Source of the DNA: Octopus sinensis
Lineage: Eukaryota
DNA: 64,000 nucleotides
Direction: 5' to 3'
Assembly (NCBI RefSeq): GCF_006345805.1
Contig: NC_042998.1
Span: forward strand, 34,906,001-34,970,000
How positions within the stretch are numbered: position 1 is the first letter of the stretch; each line of letters starts with the position of its first letter. The notes beneath the pieces are model-generated. The model made no database searches. It had not been told where the DNA came from and worked only from the letters and a program-made list of their open reading frames with translations. The position numbers and the translations under genes are program-made. Positions 1 through 12,058 of this stretch are shown here, one piece after another.

Positions 1-200
1 GTATATGTACATGTATATATATATATATGTGTGTGTGGGACTGTTTGTAAAACCGCATAACTTCCGAAGTTCGCAACTGATTTTCTCTAAACTGGGAACT
101 TACATTACTTATGTTCCAGAGATGGTTTAAGACACTTAAACTGTTTCACATAATGAGTAACGGGACCTCTGGGAGCACAAATCCCACTTTCATCTTTCTA

Positions 201-359
201 GTTTGAGATGCGGCTCAGTCGTGCCTTCTTCGGTCGTAGAGATGAAGGGCTCTTCCATTGTGACAACTGCTGCTTCGTATCAGGGTGGCACCTGTAGACC
301 CGTCTTTCGTCATCAGTGATGATCTGCTACATGAAGGATGGCTCATCAGCGGCTCGCTG
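201..359 (-). pseudogene. Mariner (DD34D) transposase fragment
   Basis: Minus frame reads QRAADEPSFM*QIITDDERRVYRCHPDTKQQLSQWKSPSSLRPKKARLSR, matching the mariner IITGDETWVY..DPETKQQSSQWK..P.PKK motif around the first catalytic Asp; in-frame stop; truncated by a (GA)n tract. Confidence 0.8.
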
Positions 360-474
360 ACAGAGATAGAGATAGATAGAGAGAGAGAGAGAGAGAAAGA
401 AAGAAAGAGAGAGAAAGAGAAAGAAGGTGAGAAAGAGAAACTTTAATACGAATAAATATGATTGGGCTTGGGCA

Positions 475-519
475 TGATGCATAAAATATACATACATGCG
501 AATACACATATAAATATAT

Positions 520-570
<51 letters not shown>

Positions 571-935
571 CTGAAAGTAAAAATACTCTTCAGATGAGCA
601 TTGGTGTATGAGTCAAAAGATATTTATATATTTAGAGAACAAATTTATATGGCGTACAAATAACACAGAAAATTAAGGAGAAAGTGGATGGTATTTCAGG
701 TGTGATAGCAGTTTCTGGGGGGACTCGGAATTACGTAATAGTTGTAATGTCGGCAGATAGTGTGTGGAAAAAGTCAAAAAGTGAAATACCATGCCACCCA
801 ACTCCCATAAGAGTTCCCCACTTTTTGTACTCCTTATAAATCTATTCTCTAAATATCTAAATATCTTTTTGCGTGTATACGAATGTTCACCTTCCGAATA
901 TTTTCAGTTTTTGCTTCTCTCTCTCTGTCTCTCTG

Positions 936-980
<45 letters not shown>

Positions 981-1038
981 CCCTATATTCATTTACGGGT
1001 ATATATGTATGTGTATTTCATATGTGTGTTTTGCATCA
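475..1038. repeat. Old degenerate foldback (long inverted repeat) with complementary microsatellites in both arms
   Basis: 619-660 gatatttatatatttagagaacaaatttatatggcgtaca is the near reverse complement of ~825-865; ggtatttca/tgaaatacc flank the spacer; (GA)n 524-568 mirrors (CT)n ~917-947; outer tgatgca/tgcatca ends also pair. Confidence 0.6.
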
Positions 1039-1170
1039 CTATCTCCACACCATCTCACCTGGATTCCTCTTATAGATATTCTTTACCCCACGGACTTAGG
1101 TGTAAGTTCAAATACTTTCACTATTACAATGTGTTTTCTATATTGAGCATCTCTGGATCACAACTATTGG

Positions 1171-1260
<90 letters not shown>

Positions 1261-1293
1261 CTGTGTGCACGCGCGCACGTGTGTGTGTGTGTA

Positions 1294-2417
1294 CAGGGTG
1301 CGTAAGGTATTTGAGGACATGCCTTTTTGGGGTCATTGCTGCATATTTTGCTAACTCTGTATAATCTTAGTTTCAGAAAATAATAATGGCAGACCCTCAG
1401 CTTACTCAAGAAATGAAGAGGCGTGCTGTTATTATAGTTATAAAAGCTGAGCATAGCAATTTAGAAATATCTCGATTTTTAAAAGTTTCATAACTCTGCT
1501 GCCTGCATTGAGGTCCAGGAAACCATTGTTAAGCCTTGGATAGACAGTGTATGTAATGGAAGGCAATATGTGTTTCAGTAAGACTCTGCACTATCACACG
1601 TGGCTCTAGTATCACAGGAGTGGATGGCTGAAAATTTTCATGATCACATAACCCCTAACATTTGGCCTCCTATTTCCCCAGATCTCAATCCATTGGACTA
1701 TTACAAGTGGAGCGTTGTTGAGAGAGAGGTCAACGAACACACCCATATACCAAAAATTCTTTGAAAGCTGCCATAGTCAGAGTAATGTCCAAAGCGAACA
1801 AGGACCACTTGATTCGAATATGTAGATGATTTAGATCTCATATAGAAGCAGTTGTTGAAGCTGAAGGTGGCTTTATTGAATAACATTATAGAAAAGAAGG
1901 TTTATTTTTATCCTCATAGCATTTTTTGATAAATAAGTTATTATCTGTTAATATATATACTCTCTTTACTCTTTTACTTGTTTCAGTCATTTGACTGCGG
2001 CCATGCTGGAGCACCGCCTTTAATCGAGCAACTCGACTCCGGGACTTATTCTTTTGTAAGCCCAGTACTTATTCTATCGGGCTCTTTTGTCGAACCGCTA
2101 AGTAACGGGGACATAAACACACCATCATTGGTTGTCAAGCAATGCTAGGGGGACAAACACAGACACACAAACACACACACGCATACATATATATATATAC
2201 GACGAGCTTCTTTCAGTCTCCGTCTACCAAATCCACTCACAAGGCTTTGGTCGGCCAGAGGCTATAGTAGAAGACACTTGCCCAAGGTGCCACGCAGTGG
2301 GGTTGAACCCGGAACCATGTGGTTGGTAAACAAGCTACTTACTACACAGCCACTCCTGCGCCTCTGTTTTGTTTTTTTATAAACACAAAGCTGTCCTCAA
2401 ATATCTTACGCACCCTA
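1294..2417 (+). mobile_element. Internally deleted maT (DD37D) Tc1/mariner transposon with a nested SINE
   Basis: 26-bp TIRs cagggtgcgtaaggtatttgaggaca / tgtcctcaaatatcttacgcacccta with TA on both sides; N-term MADPQLTQEMKRRAVIIVIKAEHSNLEISRFLKV fused to ...YVFQ*DSALSH...WPPISPDLNPLDYY; exactly 37 residues between the last two Asp. Confidence 0.9.
1961..2363 (-). mobile_element. SINE family B (tRNA head + CORE-like domain), inserted in the maT element
   Basis: Head aggcgcaggagtggctgtg, B-box-like gggttcaacccc, gtggcaccttgggcaagtgtctt resembling the CORE-SINE core, internal (TA)/(TG) tract, gaaacaagtaaaagag tail; many homologs in the window. Confidence 0.9.
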
Positions 2418-3200
2418 TAACACACACACACACACACACGTACGTATGTATGCATGTATGCACGTACGTATGTACGTACGAATGTATGTATGCATATTAC
2501 CTAAGTGGAATCGAGAGATGAATAATATAATGAACATAAATGTATAAAAAAATACATGAATCAGTCGTTCTAACCGTCTGCAACAAAGAGCAAATTATTT
2601 TAGAATTATTCAGCAACAGAAATAACACTTTAAAATAGCAGCGAGTTCATATTAGAAATATTGAGAGAGCAAAAAAACTTGAGCAACAAAATCTGTGTGA
2701 TATTGCAGACTGCCATTTTATTTGCGTTTATTTGCGTCTCTGCATTACGCTACACTAGTTTTCTGCTCTACTATCATTCCAGTAAATATCTAAATAGCTT
2801 CGGTGTATTGTGCGATATGTAAATTATCACGTTATGCTTTAACATATCAATCTTTACATATGAAACTAGAAAAGAGATGGAAAATTTTAGATCTATTAAC
2901 AATATATCTGAAATAAAAAGGGATAAAAAAATGCCCGAAAGTTAAGGGTAAAAGTAATTATATCTAAGCACGAAGTCGAACGCGCGCACACACATACACA
3001 TATACAGACACGCAGGGACTCGAACACACGTACACACACCGCGATACACTCGCGCACACACACACACACGCGCGCACACACAGATACACACACGCACACA
3101 CACACACTCACACACACACACACACATACACACACATATAATTACTTTTACTCTTATACATGTGTGTGTGTGTGTGTGTGCGTGTGTATTCGTTTATTCC

Positions 3201-3588
3201 AGGAGGCGCAATGGCCCAGTGGTTAGGGCAGCGGACTCGCGGTCATAGGATCACGGTTTCGATTCCCAGACCGGGCGTTGTGAGTGTTTATTGAGCGAAA
3301 GCACCTAAAGCTCCACGAGGCTCCGGCAGGGGATGGTGGTGATCCCTGCTGTACTCTGTCACCACAACTTTCTCTCACTCTTACTTCCTGTTTCTGTTGT
3401 ACCTGTATTTCAAAGGACCGGCCTTGTCACTCTCTGTGTCACGCTGAATATCCCCGAGAACTACGTTAAGGGTACACGTGTATGTGGAGTGCTCAGCCAC
3501 TTACACGTTAATTTCACGAGCAGGCTGTTCCGTTGATTCGGATCAACCGGAACCCTCGTCGTCGTAACCGACGGAGTGCTTCCATCCC
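3201..3588 (+). mobile_element. SINE family C (tRNA-like head), tail type a
   Basis: A box tggcccagtgg, B box ggtttcgattcc; 13-bp TSD attcgtttattcc at 3188-3200 and 3589-3601. Confidence 0.9.
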
Positions 3589-3736
3589 ATTCGTTTATTC
3601 CGTTGATTCTCTTCTAGTTTCAGTCATTAGATTGCGACCATGCTGGTGGCTACCTTCAAGAATTTATTTACAGTCCTGAGCATGTACCTCGGTATATATT
3701 TCAATCTGGCTTTATCGTGGTATATCTATCAAATGT

Positions 3737-3913
3737 CATCTGCCGCTACGTTCTGAGTTCAAATTCCGCCGAGGTCGACTTTGCCTTTCATCCTTTCGGG
3801 GTCAATAAATTAAGTACCAGTTACACACTGGAGTCGATATAATCGACTTAATCCGTTTGTCTGTCCTTGTTTGTCCTCTCTGTGTTTAGCTCTTTGTGGG
3901 TAGTAAAGAAATA
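3737..3913 (+). mobile_element. SINE family A, tail A1, 5'-truncated
   Basis: gttctgagttcaaattccgccgaggtcgac body, tail ...gtgggtagtaaagaaata; degenerate ~17-bp TSD ggtatat(c/t)tatca(a/g)atg. Confidence 0.85.
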
Positions 3914-4465
3914 GGTATATTTATCAGATGACTGCGTGACACTTTTAGCAGAACTTTATTTTGAATTCTGTTCCTCAAAAATATCGATATGGTTTGTCAG
4001 GAACAAATAGATCCAAAATCTATCATCCAAGGAATAAATAGTTCGTTCATCTGTCATCTTCAATATGTAAGGTGTTATTCGTAAGCGTAACTATTTCTCT
4101 TCCACTAGAAGAGAGTGATTTGCGTAGACTGATCGCCAAATCGTGATATGCTTTATATGTACAAACTTCCAAACCCTGCATTATTCCCAGTCTGGTGTTT
4201 AATTCTACTTAGATTTTATTTGCCTTCCATAAATGAAGGTGTTAATACTTCGTCATAATCCAGTCCTTGAAGATTATGCTGAGCAGCCTAGAAACTGCAA
4301 ATACGCAGAAATATCGAGAAAAAATAATAAAAAAGGCAAACGAGAATACTAGGATTGATTTTATTTTTAATTCAACATGATTAAATAATAACTGCTCCCT
4401 ATATTCCCGGTATATACGAACACAGGCATATAAATATGCACATGCGTACATAAATATAAGCATAC

Positions 4466-4553
<88 letters not shown>

Positions 4554-4594
4554 ATAAGTACATTCATCACAAATATATAGAATACACACACACA

Positions 4595-4628
<34 letters not shown>

Positions 4629-4637
4629 TATATATAT

Positions 4638-4842
4638 ATTTCTTTATTGCCCACAAGGGGCTAAACATAGAGAGGACAAACAAGGACAGACAGATTACAT
4701 CGACCCCAGTGCGAAACTGGTACTTTTATTTATCGACCTCGAAAGGATGAAAGGCAAAGTCGACCTCGGCGGAATTTGAACTCAGAAGTAACGACAGACG
4801 AAATACCGCTAAGCATTCCGCCCGGCGCGCTAACGTGTCTGC
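4638..4842 (-). mobile_element. SINE family A, tail A1
   Basis: Reverse complement of the family-A body and A1 tail. Confidence 0.85.
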
Positions 4843-5315
4843 TAACGTATATGTTGTTACCGCCAAGCTAACATGACAGTCCAGGAAAAGAGGACGAATG
4901 CTGCCGTTCATTAGCTCTAGTTGGTGGTAACTATTAATATCCAGTACCGCTGCTGTAGTCTCCTTTAGATAGATTTAGAAATAATAATATTTCGATATAT
5001 ATATATATAGGATAGTGCACGATTGACCGCTAAATCTACAATTTTTTTTTATTCTCTCTCTATTTATTTCCTCGTGTTCGTCTTCTGTTTTTCTGTAGAG
5101 TTCACACACATACACACTCATATATCTTTGTACATGGCAGATTTCCGTTCAGTTTCTTTCTGCTAGATTCTTCGAATAAATTATTGGCAATCCCTGTGCT
5201 ACCGTAGAAGATTTTTGTTCAAGCTGCTGCGCAGTGAGATGAGGATATACGCACACACATACATGCATACGTACATACATACATACATATATATATATAA
5301 TATATATATATATAT

Positions 5316-5474
<159 letters not shown>

Positions 5475-6138
5475 ACAAGTGAAGAACAGAATTACAATGA
5501 ATCTATATGAAATGTATAAGTGTGTGTGTGTATGTAATGCTGTGTAATCGACAAACCATAAAAGGCCACATTATTAATTAGAAACATCAGTGATGAACTA
5601 TTTTGTTCGGTCATAAACACAAACAATAGCCTATATCAAATATATCAAAGCTTCGTGACTGCGTTCCCTACTGGCATTAAATTTATTATCTTTAATATGA
5701 ATTTTGCTATGCACGATATTATGTACAAGAATGAAACATGCTTTGCCAAGTGTATAACGTTACACACTTTTATTTCCAGCTTAGAATATTTGAAATATAG
5801 GAGTAAAAGTTATGGATTAATTACTATAAAATGTGCTATGGGATTTCAGATATTTACTAGATTTATTGACATTAGCAGATTTGGCATGCTGGAATTTGTA
5901 GGAAACACAATTTACAAAACAACTAGAAGAAAATGTGGAAAAACGAAAGAGAGTGCAAATCTCCGATTACGATGATATGAATAATTTTCTTTCATTTTAT
6001 AACTGTCATGATGTTTTTTGTAAATATTTTTAAATTTTCATTTATCTAAAATCATTTCATTTGAATCTAATGTACAAAATATTTCAAACTTGTAAATTTT
6101 GTAGAAATTGTCAAATAACGATTATTTGGTAACATAAT

Positions 6139-6258
6139 ATGGCAGTCTTGGTTTAGGACGAATGTTGCTGTAATTTTAGTCACAAGAGACATCGTCTCCA
6201 GCTGGCTATAAGACACGATCTGTGTCCTTATATTCTTGAACAAGGGAATCTAGAATTC
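6139..6258 (+). mobile_element. Solo arm of the foldback MITE seen at 10338-10712
   Basis: atggcagtcttggtttaggacgaatgttgctgtaatt...cttatattcttgaacaagggaatctag aligns with 10366-10480. Confidence 0.8.
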
Positions 6259-7266
6259 ATTGTATCTCATTTACAAAAGAATCTGTCATTTATCAATATT
6301 TGTACGAGTTCGATTACCGCCAAGGAGGATTATGCTTTTCATCCTTCCGATGTCGATAAAATAAGTACAAAACACATTATAGTCGACAATACCGATTGGT
6401 GTCAGCTCAACCGACTATGAAATGGTAATCTATGCCTACCTTAGAAATGCTTATATTGTGAGCTTGTACCTATACCCTGGCCATATATTATACTGAATTC
6501 GATACAGTTGACTATGCAGGCGAAAGATATTTGCACCTAATAAAATAAAATTACAATTTGAAAGAAACAGAGGCAGAGACAGAGACAGGAATAGCAATTT
6601 TGTGGTTAAAATTCAGTTGGATATGTGAATTGATGAATGCGACGTATAGGTGTTGTGAAATTTCTGGGGACCATTTAGATGTTAGAATCATACTATAAAC
6701 TTCAGCCTTATTAGCCTCTGGTACCAGTAGCTGATACTTTCACAGAGATCTGGTTGTTGCTGATGTTGACGCTTCAAAATTAGCCAAACACGAGCACAAA
6801 AGTCGTAGCAAAGATCAAATGCAAATATATGAATATGAAAAACATTGCACCATGAGGCAAAAATTACACATTGATTGAGCGATTTGTAATCTGATGAAAC
6901 TCACAATTATTAAATGCCATTAATTAAGATATTTTTCAAATAATCGTTACCTCTCTAATTTCACTTCTATTTAAATCATCGAAAACAAAGAAGGAACATT
7001 TTTTTTTACTAATAAAATAGAAAATAACTATAATAAAAATTTAATTCAAGAATAATATTTCTAAAATGATTAATTATGATCTTAGATAATGATAAATTGC
7101 ATGCATCGAATTGTACAACAGAGTGGGATTTGTATTTTTAAATGTGTGTGCTTGGTGTCCGATGTAGGAAGTTGTTAAAAAATTAAAAAGCAACAAAAAA
7201 TTAGTGATTCAAATCTCTCACTCATCGGGCATTTTAGCAAGTTGACATACGTACAAATATATATAT

Positions 7267-7309
<43 letters not shown>

Positions 7310-7620
7310 TATATATAATGTATATATATATATATATATATGTATATAATATATAATATAATATATATAAATATATATATACGTTTTATTTATTATTTTG
7401 CACATTACTTAATCATCGTTATATGTTTATATCTTATATTTAATCTTTCTATAATATGTCATTTTCTGGATGGTATAATTTAATTTTTTATCATTGAATT
7501 GATAAAAGGTGTTTTGTTTTTCAAATTTTCTAATTTATATATATACATATTATATTTTGTGAAATTTGATTTAGTGCTTCTAAATTGAATTTTTACCTGT
7601 AAGTTTGGAATAATATTCCA

Positions 7621-7678
<58 letters not shown>

Positions 7679-7961
7679 TTATATATATATATATATATAG
7701 TAAAAAAAATCCGAGAACAAACACAAGAAAAAAAAACCTCAACCATACCCAGGAAAGACCCGTATTTTTACAGCTGGCAAGCCTGACAACTGATCAAAGA
7801 ATACAATTCCATCTATTCCAGTAAAATACCACTTCTTTCTTTCTTTTTTCATTATTCCTTTTTTCTTCCTGTAACTAAACCTCAAAAAATGTGTCACACA
7901 TACTTACACACACATACACACACACACACACACGTACACGCACACACATTCAAATTTGCAG

Positions 7962-8110
7962 AAAATAAAAGACGAAGACAGGTGTAGGAACAAGAAGCAG
8001 GTGTATTAATTTAACGCTCGGGTAGAATGGAAAAGTCTTTTACGTTTCGAGCCTACGTTCTTCGACAGAAAGGTATAAGCGGAAAAAATGGAGAGAGAAT
8101 GAAAAGAAAA
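7962..8110 (-). mobile_element. Short repeat (HHR family 2, probable Penelope-like terminal repeat fragment)
   Basis: Homologous to 34735-34900 and 38500-38800; contains the hammerhead-like motif at 8035-8073. Confidence 0.75.
8035..8073 (-). ncRNA. Minimal type-I hammerhead-like motif, family 2 (A6->U core)
   Basis: CCTTT-CTGTCGA-A-GAAC-GTAG-GCTC-GAAA-CGTA/AAAG: stem I CTTT/AAAG, stem II with one mismatch, palindromic ACGT stem III, GUA cleavage triplet. Confidence 0.65.
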
Positions 8111-8353
8111 CACATATAAATTCGTATCACGGAACCTTCTCTTTCCAGTTCAACTCCAGACTTTTTCAAATCACATATGTATAGAAAGGCATAAATTTTG
8201 TGTAAAAATATCATTTTTTAATGAATATCTGAAATGAAAGGAAAGCGCTAAAGTATCCAAAATTTTGGCTACTACCTTTTCCTTAGTATATAAAATCTAA
8301 ACATCACTTCAAACAATCTATAGTTGCCTATCTATTTATAAGTGTGTATTTGA

Positions 8354-8384
<31 letters not shown>

Positions 8385-8399
8385 CACATACACAAACAC

Positions 8400-8440
<41 letters not shown>

Positions 8441-8501
8441 CGATTCCCCCACTTGATTTCACAACATCTGTAATAGTTTTATAAAGTTCCTGGTTTTATA
8501 G

Positions 8502-8546
8502 CAAATGAGATGAACACCACGGATCAAAACCTAAGCTCCTGGCAAG
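8502..8546 (+). CDS. Candidate 45-nt symmetric (phase 1) host exon, xNEMNTTDQNLSSWQ
   Basis: Acceptor ttcctggttttatag, donor CAAG|gtatgt, length divisible by 3, open frame; no homology recognised. Confidence 0.3.
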
Positions 8547-9165
8547 GTATGTTAACGGACTATCGTATATTCGCTGTTAAATATAATGAGTTTTATCCAT
8601 TCAGTCAATGTTCTGAAAAGCATAAGGTTATGGAAACGTATTTTCCTTTATTGCAAATATATGTCCTTACTAGTGAGAAAGAAATTCATGGCGTGTGAAG
8701 AGTTGCAAAAACCGAGCTACTGGAAAACCAGGAACATGATTCGGAATCTATTTCTGTTAGAATCTATTTTACTTTACATAAGTCAGTAACACACGTTTCA
8801 AAATGGCAACAAATAGAACTTCTCGCCCTTTTCTTTTCGAAATCTTATAACCTGTGTCTCATCAAAGACAGGCGATTGTCTCATTCATCAAAGCACTTGA
8901 TATCTGATTGTAGACAAATGTACTTCCGGCTCGATAATGTAGTGCTTACATCTTCCAAAGCCTTTACTGTGGTGTAGAGAATGCTAAGATGAATGCTACT
9001 GACACAAGGAGAAGAAAATAGCGAATATATTTTAATTTAAGACATTTTGAAATGTAATGAAGTGTGTCTGAGTAATTGGCAGACATATTTACTCTCTGAT
9101 CTTTTATAATAATCTTCCATTCCATTCGCTAATGTCGACTTCTCTCTCACATGTTCCCTTTTCAG

Positions 9166-9208
9166 ATTTGAATCACATTCCAGCAGCTACTGATATTTTA
9201 TATAAAAG
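9166..9208 (+). CDS. Candidate 43-nt host exon, (D)LNHIPAATDILYK
   Basis: Branch-like gctaat, long polypyrimidine tract ending ttcccttttcag, donor AAG|gtgaca; frame-compatible with 8502-8546. Confidence 0.3.
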
Positions 9209-9219
9209 GTGACAATTAA

Positions 9220-9280
9220 ACTACTACTACTATTACTGCTGCCGCTGCTGCTGCTGCTGCTACTACAACTACTACTACTA

Positions 9281-9312
<32 letters not shown>

Positions 9313-9323
9313 ACTACTACTAT

Positions 9324-9366
<43 letters not shown>
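9220..9366. repeat. (CTA)n/(CTG)n compound trinucleotide microsatellite
   Basis: Direct reading; source of the poly-Leu ORF. Confidence 0.95.
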
Positions 9367-9389
9367 TAAGCTTTGTCAGCATCAAACCT

Positions 9390-10975
9390 ATAATCTTCCA
9401 AGGAGATTGCTTGAAATCAATGTATTTTGAATTGTGTGCGATGCCGCTGATTTTCACTTTCTTTCAGAAACACGAAAACTGGATATGGAAGCAAGGAAAG
9501 ACAAGTTAACACCAATTATCTCCTTTTTATAGACGACATGAAACTTTATGAGAGAGATGAAACCAGCTGAATTCACTGATTCTAATAGTGCGTTGCTTTA
9601 GCGCGGACATTAGAATGGAATTTGGGCTGAAATTCAGACAGAGGGAAACAATATAAAGAAGGCAAAGGAAGCACAACTTGTACAAGTAAGGAAGACAGGT
9701 TTGTTACGTACGGAAAGAAGCTAGGACAAGATGAATTAAAGACTGAATCGAAGAGAGAAAACAACTGGAAGATGTAAGGTCAGTTTTTCACAGATATCAA
9801 GAGGCACAGACCCAGATAAAATATGTTTGTAGTTATAAAACAACCTGGAAACTGAAACAAAGGCCTTGATTGGGGCAGCAAAGAAACAGAAAATACTTCG
9901 AGCAAAAATTTGGCAAACGCTGAATGTGTGGTGAATCTGGAAACATGATGTGATATATTGTAAGCGAATGCTGGAAATTGTCCCAGAGGGAGTACAAGAA
10001 AAGGCATGACAATGTCGCCAGAATGGTCCACTGTGAAGTATGTAACAAGTTTGAACTGGAAAGAGTGAGAAAAAGGTACGAACATAAGACAAAGTTTGTG
10101 ACAGAAAATGAGAGATCCTTTGGGATTTCATGATAAAATGTGATCATAGAATCGAACATCAGAAACCTGATATTGAACTGGTAGACAAAGAAGATAAGTT
10201 GTGCCTGATAATAGATATCGCTTGCCATGATGAGAGCAGAATTATAGTGAAAAAAGGTGAAAATTTGATACGATATAAAGCTCTGAGGAGAGAAATAAAA
10301 AAGCTATGGTCAATGAAAAAAGTGTATATTGTGCAAATTGGAGTAAAGATTTTTGCCAACATGACATGGCAGTCCTGGTTTAGGACGAATGTTGCTGTAA
10401 TTTATCCCCAGGAGACATCGTCTCCAGCTGGATATACGACACGATCTGTATCCTTATATTTTCGAACAAGAGAATCTAGCACCCCCACCCAGCTCAAAAT
10501 AATATCTGTGAAGGGAAATAACCTGGAAATCGCGATACACAGACATTGTTTTGAGCTGAGTGGGGTTGCTAGATTCCCTTGTTCGAAAATATAAGGACAC
10601 AGATCGTGTCGTGTAGCCAGTTGGAGGCGATGTCTCCTAGGGCTAAATTACAGCAACATTCGTCCTAAACCAGGACTGCCATGTTATCTTGGCAAACAAA
10701 TCTTTACTCCAAAGTACTGTTGCTGAATATCTCTCGTTTTGAGATTTAAAAATAGCAATTTTCTATTTGTGCCAAGTGTTTGTGCCCTGGATACAGTGAG
10801 TAAAAATAAGATCAATTGGTTAGGAATGATGGGAATCAAGATGAAACTACAGCACATCCAGAAAACAGCATTACTTGGCAGTGTAAGGAGTCTCTGCAAA
10901 GTTCTCGAGACTTGATAAGAAGGTACCACCTTAGTTCCTGAGAAGTCAGCAGCTGGTACGTAAATGATACGGCCA
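9390..10975 (+). mobile_element. Decayed R4/Dong-clade RLE non-LTR retrotransposon (RT, CCHC, endonuclease), interrupted by a foldback MITE
   Basis: Across frameshifts: IFQGDCL (RT), YLLFIDDMKLY (catalytic DD), DIRMEFGLK, MCGE..IVSECWKLSQREYKKRHDNVARMVH (zinc finger), KPDIELVDK..CLIIDIAC (PD-D/ExK), C-terminal HIQKTALLGSVRSLCKVLET* at 10915. Confidence 0.85.
10338..10712. mobile_element. 375-bp foldback MITE (~173-bp arms, 27-nt loop)
   Basis: 10338-10510 is the near reverse complement of 10538-10712; the LINE frame resumes after it (STVAEYL). Confidence 0.9.
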
Positions 10976-11030
10976 GCAACAACAGCAGCAGCAACAACAA
11001 AAACAACAATAACAACAGCAATAATAACCA

Positions 11031-11130
11031 TTTCCTGTACTAGAAAATGATCACATCTCTCTCCGTTGGAACTTTACTGTTCAAACGGACAGAAAGATAA
11101 ATGAAAATAGATTTGACATTATATTATATG
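11031..11130 (+). mobile_element. R4-like endonuclease-region fragment
   Basis: Reads PVLENDHISLRWNFTVQTDRKINENRFDIIL, matching the family VLEN..LYWDF..QTDR.I.ANRPDI. Confidence 0.65.
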
Positions 11131-11135
11131 TATGT

Positions 11136-11279
11136 TATAAGAAGCTTGCTCCCCAACTATGTGGTCCCGGGTTCAGTCCCACTGCGTAGCACATTGAGCA
11201 AGTGTCTTCTACTATAGCCTCGGGTCGACCAACACCTTGTGAGTTGATTTGATAGACATAAACTGGAAAGAAACTCGTC

Positions 11280-11351
<72 letters not shown>

Positions 11352-11395
11352 GTATGCGTGTATATGTTTGTGTGTCTGTGTTTTACCCCCACACT
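11136..11395 (+). mobile_element. SINE family B, partial
   Basis: gggttcagtcccactgcgtagcacattgagcaagtgtcttctactatagcc plus internal (TA)n. Confidence 0.8.
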
Positions 11396-11559
11396 ATCAT
11401 CTGATAATCAACTTATTTTTGAAACTAGCTTTTAATTTTCTTGTTTTCTTCAATATTCTCCAGAATTTTGTGCACCCTAGTCATAAGACCAATTTGAACT
11501 TCTAACATTTTGTTTGTTGATGTCTCTGGGTGAGAAATTCAAAGCAAAAGTCAAACATC

Positions 11560-11564
<5 letters not shown>

Positions 11565-11596
<32 letters not shown>

Positions 11597-11624
11597 TAAT
11601 AATAATAACAATAATAATAATAAC

Positions 11625-11671
<47 letters not shown>

Positions 11672-11726
11672 TAATAATAATAATAATAATAATTATATTA
11701 ATAATAATAATAAGAAGAAGAATAAT
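11565..11726. repeat. (TAA)n microsatellite
   Basis: Direct reading. Confidence 0.95.
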
Positions 11727-12058
11727 ATGGTCTTGACAGCAAAAAATTGGTACGACCATAAACCCGAAGGCATCATCGAAAATTACAATGCAAAAACCTA
11801 TGGGATTTTATGATTCAGTTATGGTCGATGAAAAAGGTGGTAATATTACCAATAATTGTCGGAGCCGTGGGAACAGTGGGTAAATATCTCGAGAAGTACG
11901 TGGAACAAATAGGGACTGCAATAAGGGTGGAGCACTTGCAGAGAACAGGACTGCTTGGAACCGCTCGAATACTCTGGAAGAGGCTCGAAAAATAAGTTCA
12001 CTGGTAGTGAACAGCTGACACCGTAGTACATCTCTAGCGTTAGAAGCTGTGCAAAGGC
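11727..12058 (+). mobile_element. 5'-truncated, internally deleted R4/Dong-like 3' end between (TAA)n tracts
   Basis: KWYDHKPEGIIENYNAK.LWDFMIQ / LWSMKKVVILPIVGAVGTVGKYLEKYVEQIGTAIRVEHLQRTGLLGTARILWKRLEK*, a short 3' UTR, then (TAA)n. Confidence 0.85.

Noticed and set aside
585-630. cagatgag...aaaag resembling a hammerhead core
   Set aside because: No contiguous stem II/GAAA; explained as part of the 475-1038 foldback arm.
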